From Phoronis australis (lineage: Eukaryota > Animalia > Phoronida), in NCBI GenBank assembly GCA_002633005.1, contig NMRA01000449.1:124001-188000 (forward strand): a DNA stretch of 64,000 nt. The letters are read 5' to 3'. Below are positions 12,331 through 24,300 of this stretch, piece after piece. The notes under the pieces were generated by a model. The model made no database searches, was not told the DNA's origin, and saw only the letters and a program-made list of their open reading frames with translations. The position numbers and the translations under genes are program-made. How positions within the stretch are numbered: position 1 is the first letter of the stretch; each line of letters begins with the position of its first letter.

Positions 12331-15300
12331 CTGAAACCAACCAAAATTGTTTCAAATGAGGTGATATTGGTGAATGCCATGTACTGGGTTTCCCAGTTCT
12401 TGAAATAGCACCAGATTTATTATTTATGGTATTTGTTCGAAACAAATCAATGTATTAAACTGATGACGCAATGGTACTCACGTTAGGTGTTAAAGCGCTA
12501 ACGGCAGATGGAGCCACCATGCCGGGAATCGTAGCTGCTGTATTAGTTATGCCGAACAGCACACCGGCGTATCTTCAAAATGATAATAAAACACATGTTC
12601 AACTCCAGTTATTCTTACAAAGTAAAAACTTAGACATAGCATGAAACAATCAAAAGAAATCAGAAGACCACTCTTGGTGTCTTATTTCGGATTCAGATTA
12701 AACCTTGTGTACGTGATCATGGTGCTGATACAAAATTCACTTATTGACCTATAAATTTTTTAGCCTCAATTCTTCACAGGTTCACAAGAAAATGGCACGT
12801 ATTTTTTCATTCCAGAAACAGCAAATTTCCAATATCAAAAGCGGATAGATTGCATGCATTGATAGAAAACCTATACTGGGATTAGGAATTCACACAAACG
12901 GACTACCAAATAAAATACAACACATAATTTATCGGCATCCATCACGTAGCAGGGGGATAAATCTAGAGGCACTTTTTGTAGTGTTAAAAGTGAATGTCAC
13001 TCAAGTGCTTCTACACGCCAGTTTGCGGGAATGTGGACATTGAAAAATATGTTCAGTGATACGTCTTGGGTGTGTGAACAAATTTAAGAAATCTCTCCAA
13101 TGAAAAATTTTCAGTTCTTGTTTAATAAATGTCCCAATATTGCGTATGCTACACTTTTAAACAATTGATTTCTGTAACTTCAATACATTTAAAATGATTT
13201 AAAGCATAAAGAATTAATAAGGATCAACATTTTAGAGACCATAATTCTGTCTGACATATCCAAACACCATGTAACCCATTGAACTTTCACAACTGACCGT
13301 GGGTCAGAGGTCACTCAGGCATAAGTGATGACACAATTGCCTGTTGTTGTTGCCCAAAACGGTTAACACTCATAGAGACAATTTCAATATGGCTGATATG
13401 AATAGTTCATATGATTTTTGATGATTTTTTGTGATTTCACTTTTAAGGAGATTTGTCTCTGATTTATAAGAGATTCTTGTAACCCACATTGGCGATCGTC
13501 TGCTCAATACGCTGGCGTTTTATATTGGATGGATAGTCTCATGTAATAAAATGAAGTTGTCACAACAGATGGCATAACGATGTATGCTGATGGTGGTGCT
13601 TGTAATAACAGCTATTCTAGAACCGCGTGTGTTTTGTGACGTCTTAAGCTATTCCTGTGTGTGTGAGGAACGTGCCGGTAACGTGAAGTTGTGTTCACGT
13701 GTAGTCATTTCCCCAGTAATTTGAAACCCACTTTTTCTAGCCATTGGTTCAAACCGGCCAAATGACGTATTTAGGGCGCACTGATTGGTTTAAAAAAATC
13801 TCCAGTTTGAACTTTCATATACATATATTTGACTGTAGAAAGGGTGACTCCGCTAATTTAGTATTATGAGAAGACATTACAACGAAAGCACGACTGTTGT
13901 GGGTGCATTTTAACTTGATTCAAGTGCGATTTTAAAGGGAACTGTTGGAGTTGTCAGTAATCAAAGCATTAAATCTCAAGTCTTTATTTACACTATAACA
14001 CCAATTCGGTCCCTGCATATAATCAGTGGAGTTGGGATGCTTTGAAAAGGTTTATGTGTTTAACCCTACAAGACACTTTTCCCCACAGCATCTTATGCTT
14101 ACTGCTAGATGCCACTGTAGGTAAAACGTAACCAATTGCGTTTCTCTTTGGCCATTCCGTTCTCTATTGTGTGATCCGAGTGAACCGGGTGATGACCTTC
14201 ATTTATGGCAGTTGCACCCAAGTGTCGGAGACAGAAAAGTGACAGTTCGTCAGCAAATAATCATGCAGGGAACATAAGTCGTTTAATGCTGTCCTTTTAT
14301 TTGTTTATTCTTTTTGTGAAAACATTAACGGCGGAAAGAACCGGGAAATTATCGATAGGTTGAGGTTAAAACGACCAGGGAAACCTGAAATATCGTATAA
14401 ATCGCGTTGTACAGCTAAATTCCTCATTGCGGTGGGTCTCCTATGACGTTAGATGATGGCCAAAGTAGGCAGGAGGCATGGACAACACGGGAACGTCAAA
14501 AGCTGAAGTGCACGAGAATGACAGAAGGGGTTGGACAAACTGGTGTCAATTGGGAGATTTCCTCTCGTCTAATTAATTCTTTCTGTGCTGATGAGTTGAT
14601 GTTGTGAAGGGTTTGTTCGTCATAGGGACTGCAAGTTTCCCAAGCTCAACGGCCCGGAACAATTGTGACACTTCCTAAGTGGCGGGCCCACGCAACCAGA
14701 GGTGAAGTGATAGCGACTGGGGTATGTACGACACATGTCAAGACTCCACAAAAGCTTCCTTCAGAGCTCAACCCTAGTCATAATTCCCCATTCAGAAGCA
14801 CCAGGCCATTTCCCCCAGTCATCCACGTAAGCCATTATGTACTTGAACATAAGATAATCGACACTTAACGTGTACCTTGAGTTAGCACAAAAGTAGAACA
14901 AGAAGTGCCAAAAATAATTTCGAGTCCGATTTCGAATAGATTATATCCCGAGCCCTTATTTGACAAAGTGACTCGCCTGAGACCACCTGCTGTTGAATCG
15001 CGCGCGAAATATATGAGACTATATTTGACTTTGGGACCATACATCAACGGTGTACCCAGGTGCCCGTGGGGAAATTTCCGATAGAGGGCGTTGGTGTCAA
15101 ACATTTGCAAACCATAATTACGCCATTAATAGAACAAAAAATTGATCATATCCTGTTGACAAAGGAGCAGCTGAATAAATATTTTTTCCGTTAAGCAGTA
15201 ATTCTGCAATTACTTTAGGAAATGAACCGAAATCGTTGCTTTGCTAGTTGAGCTTGGCTGGCAATGTTTTCCTGGTATCAGATATATTATTGCGAAAAAC

Positions 15301-18300
15301 ATTTACTGTCTTCCTATAAAAGCTCTAACATAGGTTTAGAGCTGAATTTTGCCAACACTACTTGTCGAAAAAATACGTTTGTGCTTACCTAGGTGCCAGG
15401 TCAACATGGTTCACCATGTACCCTGACCGACAGAGGGAGGTGAACGCAATACCTGCGGTTAGCAGAACGACTGCCGTTGTTCTGGTTTCACATGTCATCG
15501 CGCTGGTCGATACCATGAAAATGCCAGGAATTATCAGTGCTGAAGAAAAAATACACTGTGAAGGTAAAGTAGGACTTCACAATGTGGCCCGTTCTATCAA
15601 AGCTCGTATACTCGTTCGCCATTTATGACGGGAGAGCAGCGTTGTGTTAAATAAACTACAGTATATGCAGCAATAACAATAGTACGACTCGGGCCAAGAT
15701 ACGAACCAATGTGACCCTAGTCCCTAAGTATTCGCTACTATTCATGAGACAGTATTGTCAAAGGTCCTAAGTTCAATCGTAGCTAAGACAGTAGTAGGTA
15801 CCTTATTGCAAACATGACTCTACGCTTTCTGTACTAAGGTTAGGTTGATACTAAGATTAAATGTCCGACTTCACGACAGCCATGTTATTGTACTGTGGGA
15901 AATTTAAAATGGAAGTTATATGACAGTTCTCAACCAATGCTCATAACCTTTCATAAATCAGACCCAGGCACACTAATACGGCGTTCACGCATGGTTGATT
16001 AGAAGGCAGACCAGGCGTCACGCGAAAATCTCATGTGAACGCTTTCTAAACGGCTGATCTGCCTAATCTTATACCCCCAAATCAGAAGACAGGTCAGCCT
16101 AGCTTGTAACTGTGGCAATGCTCAATTTTAATGACGTAAATGTGGATAGGATTTGTTTGCCCATGGTAATACCATGAGTTTTACCGGCATTTTAGACCAT
16201 AATTTGGGCTCATTACTCACAAGAGGGCGGATAGGACGCACAGACGTTCGTTTTAAGTCTGAGTTTCGTCTCACAATTCCACATGCGAACGTGCGTTTAC
16301 AAGTGTTTTTAATAAGGCAAATAGGACATCTGAATCAGAAGACAAATCCACCGCTTAAAGCACGTTTCCGAGAATTATGAACGGGTAAGTTGGTGTAACT
16401 TGTAATGCGATCAGAAGCGCAATGTCACCTCAATACACAGATCACGAGACAATTTAAGACAAAATCCTGTGCAAGAGTCAGTACTGCCAATCTTACTGTG
16501 CGGCTGCGTGTGTACTTCTGGTTGCGGTACGCTACTACATTGACTTTTACAAAACTTTTGTTTAAAATGCTAGCATACAACGTGGGATTTGCACGCTCAT
16601 TTATTAACCAATAGCTGACACAAACTCGTTTGCATGTTTGATGAATACTCCATACCTAAGCTTTGAACAACTTTCCTAACAACAGTTGTTGAAATCGACG
16701 TCTTCTCTCTAACTAAGTCAACGACATAGCCAAAGAAAAGGGACGCGACGAACATGCAGATATAAGGCAGAGCAGACAACAAGCCATTCTGAAATGGATA
16801 AATATTTCGCATTCTTATTGCTTGTTACCCATGCCCCAGTGTCATGTCTGCATTCCGTTTGGGACACAATACAATGCGATGGTTTTGTAGACAATTATGC
16901 AAACTTGGACAGAACTCTGTCAATCTCTGTTTAATAATAAACGACTCATAACCCTTTAGTTAACATTCCAACCTCAGCAACCTATCACTTCTGCGGCCGC
17001 TATTTTGGTAGGTTATGCTAGCCAGGTCTCGAATATACTGACAAAACAATCGCCGTGGCCTTGCGTGATCTCGCTTTTCTCGCAAAACTTGGTCTATGGT
17101 CTGCGGAATGTTACGCAGGTATAGCCATAACCTGAGGTTTTATTTTGTTCCATGACTGATGAATTTACTGGAGCATTCGAATACATTTCGTCAGGTCGAT
17201 CCTGAACGACTTCTGCTGACGTGCTTAGAATGCGAGTGGATCAACGTGCGACAGGTCGTGCTACATGTTGGACTGGAAAATGCGAAACAGAACTAAAAAC
17301 CTATAAGGCAATAGTCTTAACTCATTCAAACTGATGTGGCAAATGCCAGTGTGTAGCTAGCCATGTTCTGTCTAGGACGCAGGATTAGAAGGTAAGAACT
17401 GTTCTAATACTTTAAAGCTGCTATAAACAAGGCTGTCGCCACAAAAGCAGATTTAGATCACTAATGGTTAACAATTTCATCACAGATTGTTCTTTACTTG
17501 AAAGCATACCAAACCCAGTTTGGGGCAATTAACGACTTTCCCACCTAGTCCTCTGAAACAAAATAATGCTGTAAAAGAGTTCCAAAATTTGAACGTTCCT
17601 TAGAAAGTCTGCTAAACGGCAAGCGTGACCTACGCTTTAGGCTGGTTACACGGCAATGGTAGGGAAAGACCACCCACCTAGTATCATGATGTCCTATCTG
17701 TGACAAAGAAAGTATGAGTTTTTTGTTGAATACTGGTTTTATCACTCGAGTGTGACGCCAATGGAGCACTATTAGGTGGCAGCTCGATGATTGGTTGACA
17801 TCGCCAAAACTAACGCCTCTCAGTACCAGAGGGAGATTTCTCATGGGCTTACAGTTACTGTATATTCTTTTTCCTACTTACCGATTTGATGTCAAACTTT
17901 AGAACTTCCTTCATATACGTTGGCAGACTCGTTAGCAGTGTGTAGTTTCCCCAATTATTACAGAAGTGCGCGACAATCATTGCGTAGACTGGTCCACATG
18001 TGAAAATAGACTTCCACGGGATAATCTATCAATAAACAAACAATAGTAAACGCAACCTATAGGGCCGTATGAAGCCGGGAACCTGAGGTTTGGGGGAACA
18101 TGCAGAGTGACACCCCCACACAACACTTATCACCTCCCTGAGGCCAGTTTGCCCCCACGCTTGCCGACGTACTTGTTTACCGGCTTAACCACAATGCAAC
18201 ATTCTGACCCATGTCCAATATGGCGGCGTTGCAACTCCGCTATTACCGAACTAATTCTCAAGGCGCTGAACATAAGTGTATGACAACCAACTGAGCGACT

Positions 18301-21300
18301 GGGAAGGAAGTGGGCAGTAGGGTCGTCCCGGATTACAAATCGATGTAACTTTCCCTCATCCTGAAGATCAGAAAACGCGTTGTGTTCACAGGCGTCCTCG
18401 GCTTCTAATCCTCTCCAATCCAATACATTATATACTACAAGGTATGACACTCGGGACTAGAAATTCCACGGGTGCTTGCTTCACTTTAGCGTCCATATCA
18501 AACACATAACTTAATAAATTTCCACAAGACATGGGTTCAACAAACCATGAGCAATCGTTCTTTCTTTTGATAGCATTTACGGTGCCCTGCTCCAGCAATT
18601 TCGCAGCAAATTCGCGGTCAAAGCACAAAAATCTTCCCAAAAAGGGTACTGCCAATGTGTCAAACAGAAATTACCGATTTGTCGCGGAAGGATCACGACA
18701 TCAATAACTCCACATTTATTCGTAACCTTCCGTGATAACCGGCAATTGTTGTCCATCCGTAACTCATCCGATAATTCCGTGCCGGCACACTGACAGTACG
18801 CAGCGGCTTTTTGGGAAGAATTTTGTGCTTTGACCTCAAATTTGATGCGAACTCATTAGAGCAGGGCATTGTAAATGCTATCAGAAGAAAGAACAATTGA
18901 TCATAATTTGCTGAACCCAAGTTTTGTGTAAATTTATTGAGTTTTGTGTTTGGTATGGACGGCTAAAGTGAAGCATCCGTGGAACACCTTATCCCGAGTG
19001 TCATGCCTTGTAGTATATGTATATAGTGTATTGGGGACGATCAGAAGGTGAGGACGCCTGTGGTTGTGTTCATTGACTTAGTTCAACAATGTCAAGCACA
19101 AGGCAGAGGTTTTGTCGGAAACAGTTGACGTGTATACCCGTAGAAATATTCCCAACATCAACTGTTTGAAAGTACTGGGATTGAAAGGTATCTTGAAAAC
19201 AGGAGATTCGGCCTTCGGTCCACAATTAATCCGACCAACTTGCTGTATCCACTCGCTCCCCGTCTCCTTGTATTTGACTGAGGTTGGAAGTGTAACAAAC
19301 TAACATCACGCATCCACGGACATTTACCAAGTTAATCCTACTTTCTCCCGTCGCAGTTGCAGCCCGCAACACAGCAAGAATAGTTTGTTTGCACAGGAAG
19401 GAAGTGTAATGCAGCCGAGGGAAATTTGGAAAGAATGCGACAAGAATAATGAACACGTGGAACTGCAATAGCGCGAGATGACGTGTCTGCAAAAGTGCCT
19501 CCGGATATTGAGGTGTAAATACAACGAGATTCGAGTGTCGCTGCATAATCCGTGACGGTCCTATTGGATATGAAGTGGGCAAAATGGTACTTCGTGATCG
19601 AGAGCGGAAGTTGTGGTGATGATGAGAGAGTTGATAAGGGGGTAGAGAAATTGTGAAGTTGTTGATGGCCGCGGAAGCAAAAGTGATGATGACATGACAA
19701 ACAGGAGCAAATTGAACTTCGTGATTTAAGACCAGCGCGTGGATGTAAAAACAAATATGGTGAAGGGAAATTGTTGACGATCGGAGGTAAATATGAGTAG
19801 TGGAGACAATGGATATTGTTGACAACCGGAAGAACTGTTAAATTCGTAGTGACCAGAGGGTGTAAGTAGTTGCGACCTGAATTGCACCTCCCCGAAGTGG
19901 TGTGCAAAGACATAAGGAGAAGATAGGATATCCTTCTTCCTTTGCGCAAGACGTACGCTGAAAAAACTAAGTAAGTGAGCGTATGTCTTAACGGGGCACA
20001 TGGAAGACATTCAGGCACCTCCTTAATACCTGACCAAAAGGTATTGAATAGCATTAAAAGGAAAACATTTATTCGATATGGTTACATGTATAGTCGGGCG
20101 TCTGTCAAATCTTTACGATGAATACTCAAGCATTTGCAAGATTTAGGTAATGTAGGGCGTTATCGAAAATTCTGCGTATTTCGCCAAATATATACAAAAC
20201 TGTAGATTTGAACCCAGTAACATGTATACTTTATGTAAGAAGAAAGCCTGTAGAATTGGAGTTTTAATAGTAATCTGCCATTAATTGGGTCACACGACCA
20301 CGTGTTTCTATTAAACTTTAGAAAAAAGAAAGATACATTTATACCAAAGCAACGGTATCAATTGCATGGCAAAAGTTCGTTTGGTATAAACGCTCAAAAT
20401 GAAATTTCGAAAACGCTGTTACAGTTGTGTAAGCATAATTTCGTTCTGAACTGATACAAATTTTTGATTTTCTTCACAAAAATCCTTAAAGTCCTATTTT
20501 TGTCTCCCCCTAAAGGAAAAGTGGAACATTTTAAAAAACGGAATTTTTCAGAACAGGCAGAGCAGAAATCATCGGATCTGAAAATTTTTGTTTATGAATC
20601 TGATCACCCATTTCTGAGATTTGGTGTTCTAAAGTAACCAGGTTTGGAAAATTTTAGAGAGTCTTGCATAACCTTAAGAAATTTGAAGCTCCCACAAAAG
20701 TTATGTTCAAAAGATTTAAAACGAGACTTCATCATTTGAAGTAATAACTGATGTATAGAGTAGACAGCAATGCCTGCATGTATATACGCCGTGACTTGAG
20801 TAGTATTGCTGTGCTCTGACTAATGCCTTTAAAATACCTTGTTTTCAGTTCTGTCTCCGATACTCTCCTCTATGAATTTTCTTTCGGCTTCTGTTATTCG
20901 TGGATGTTGGGCAGGACTGTCGTAGATGAAGATCCACCACACGATGATAAGCAAAAAGTTAAATATCGCTAAAACAGAAGAAAATTATTATCTTTGCAAT
21001 CGCCTCTCAAAAGTTATTGCACCAGCGCATCTTCCAGCTAAAGTTTTCCAAAATGAAATGTCTACAGTTAGCTTCTGAAACACAGAATCATAAATCAATA
21101 CACTGTTTCGAAATTTAATATATGAAGCAGGATTAACGGACAAAATCATTGGGCCCTTTACTAAGGCCCTTACCAAACATTGCAAGTTCATACGACGATT
21201 CATGGCAGATCGGTAACCCGCCAGAAACCGTGCCCAGATGAGTGCAAAGGGACCGAGAACGCGGTATGCAAACGTGGCCTTTAATGGCTCTGGGGCCTCG

Positions 21301-24300
21301 AACGAGCCCCCCCCCATTTGGCGAAGGGGGCAAAAAGGTCCGCCTCAGAGAAACAAAAAGTCCGATAAAACGAGACAAAAGTCCACTGAGAAGCCACAGA
21401 CGGACAGTGAAGGAGGTACCCCGTTTTGTTTTTGTCAGCAAAAGGTCCACATCGCCAGAAATTCGAGCCCCACATATTGAAGGCTGGGTGCGCGCTTGTA
21501 ATGGCAAAGTCTGGGAAGGCCACAGATACAGAACCGCCGACCCAATCACACGTCAATGCGACTGCATTAGAAGCAAATACGTTGCAAAACAATCGACCAT
21601 TGTGTGTGTGATCCTTCCAAATCTGTGTCTAAACCTTGGAGGCCCTTTCACACATTGCCGACGCAGACGGCGATTGACACCGCAACAATCCGCCAGACAT
21701 CGCCGAGGATAGCGTCATCCGGCATGGATACCCAATGAACCAGGAGGAACTCGGACAACACGACATAGTTAAAAATGTTCAATTTGTGTGACGATCTTGG
21801 GGCTTTGAAATAGACTGCGTGCAATTGTTGTCATCAGAAGGTATCATGGGGCCGCCTTAATATATAAGGTGACACCATTCTACACCACCGTCGAGCGACA
21901 GCGAAACAAAAGGAATTCAAACTCCAATCATTACACGGAGCGGCGTTCACTGGCCAGTGTCAAAGCAGAATCAGTGCCGGATGTATGGGAGGAGGGGCAA
22001 AGGGGCAATTGCTCTGGACCCCTAAATGTATAATTACAAAATGAAAAAGGAGTGTTATTTGATTCCACCACGGGAGCTATGGTGACATTATAGGAGTTAT
22101 CGTTTCATAAAACAGCAATAAAGCAGCAAATAAGATCGTAACTCTTTCCACCAGGACCCCCAGCACTATTTCGAAGACATTGGAAAAATTCCTCTAACAC
22201 TATCGCCACTTGAGCCTCAGGAAAGCGCATTTGAAAGACTGAGACTTTCTAATCGCTGATAACGTGTTCACTTCATCAGCTTAGGGGTCTCCACATACAA
22301 TACACATGTTCAATAAGCAGTGCAAATGTGTGTAGGTTTTCCAAAGGCTTTGGGGGTAACGGATTGTAACTGTAGAGTTGTACTTTTGAATTTGAAACTC
22401 TGAAAACTTGGGCATGTCAAATTTTCTCAGATTTACGGAATTAAGGTAAAGTACCAGAGTTCAAGTGCTTGTACACAAAATTTCCTGCTGTTTACCAAGA
22501 ACTCGAAGCTGGTCTCCTAAAGAGTATATCAGGCACTGAGCACAGTGGCTGGTTCCTGATCCTTCGCCTTTTTGTAAGGGTAGCAGCGAAAATGCTAAAG
22601 TGTGAGTTTGTGCATTCATTCGTGCTATGACTTCGACACCTTTTTCGATAAAGAGCCAACTGCAATGCAAAACTTACACGGCGTCGCTATTTTGTGCAGC
22701 CCGTATTCGAATATCCGTACCATTTGACATATTTTCCAGGAGAAAACTGTGACTGACTGTGGACAGCTGTTTTGCACACTTTTAAATGAAGTTAGACGGT
22801 CAAGACCGTTGCCGAACAAATGAACGCGGTCCTTAACAAATCCAACAAAACTGCCACGAAGAATTCAACATGTTAATCTTTTGTCGGATGCCCGCAATTA
22901 TCCGGAATTGTGGCGTATATGTACCAGATAGTCCACAACGATAACTTGTTTGACATGCTACCGAAAATGTGTGAACGAGGTCTAACTGCTGAGTCGTAGG
23001 CTGAGGGTCATTCAACTAATCCTTAACGTAACATTCCCTGTTACGACCGACACTCTTGCACTGAAACAGTCTAAGCGACTGCAGAAGTAAAGGGTGCCTT
23101 TTTCAAGGACACTAACTACAAGACTACTGCGTCAGGAAATGAACCCACGACTTTCAGTTCAATTGAGTCCACCACACTCACTACTCGATCACATTGACAT
23201 TGCTTAAGATGGCGTTTAGACTATCAAAATCGCAAAAACAGGAATTAGTTTACTTTCACATGCAATAAATATGATTAAATAGGCAAACCTGACACGTAAA
23301 ATATTGACGGCCACCCTCCTGCGAATCCATTAACACAAAGAATACCAGAGCCTGACAAAGTAACCACGTTGCCCACCATAGTCCCAGCGTAGCAAAATGC
23401 CATCAGTTTGGTTCGTTCGAACGTCGGTGCCCATTTTCCCCAAAGGTCGTGCATTGCCGGAAATGACACAGCCTGCATACAAAAACGAAATAAACCGTAC
23501 ACGTCTATGAACCTACTACATCAGAATTTGGAAGCACCTGTATGATTAACATTAGAATGAGACCAAAGTGGAAGCTCAGTAGTATTTGATTGAAAATTGA
23601 GTCCTTCAATACGACAACACAAAACATCCGTTTTAAAATGAACCTGTGAGAGAACACCCTTCTGCACATGCCAGGGAAGCTTAAAGGCGCATGTGCATGT
23701 ATGCGAAATATGCGCATAACCTACAATATGTACATGTATAAACTAGATTTCGACATCCAGTAGCATTTTTGCACCCGCTTGGACGATGGTCAATTCCTTA
23801 TAACCAAATACATTGTATTCGTAAATTTTTGTGTCCCGGTTACGAGGATTTAACTCAGAGTACTACGACATCTCACTATCACTGTTCGTCAACCAATGCA
23901 GCTGACGTCATGCACCAACTGCTGGGGCTGGGTTGAACGAAGCTCTTAACACTTATTCGCTGGATGAGTTTGACTGTTGCATGACGTCATGTGCGCTGGT
24001 AAACAATAGCATGGAAATCCAAGGCTGCCAGTTGTTAACGCGTTCGGGCTTTTCAAGGTAGCGCGTTCATCGAGGTATGCTTTAATTCGCTTTGGACTAA
24101 ATTGTGGTTGCGTGCCGCTTGTGTGGCTTATTTTTTGTTTTTACAGTGCTCATTTCATATCCAGTAACCCAACTCACTCACTACATTCAAAATCCAATAA
24201 CCCTGTCAAATCCAACGGCATTGAACTTACAAACTGGCGTGATGACAATAACTTCATCCGTTTTAGCTAGGTATTTCTCGGGGCATCAGACGTTCACGAC

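Noticed and set aside
19226-20054. Overlapping long ORFs (199 and 238 aa) on the minus strand
   Set aside because: Low-complexity, purine-skewed sequence with non-ATG starts and no recognisable domain. Probably a degenerate repeat inside an SLC17 intron.
20988-21712. Cluster of 80-156 aa ORFs on both strands
   Set aside because: A locally GC-richer intronic insert that is open in many frames, with no protein motif. Likely a repeat that I could not classify.
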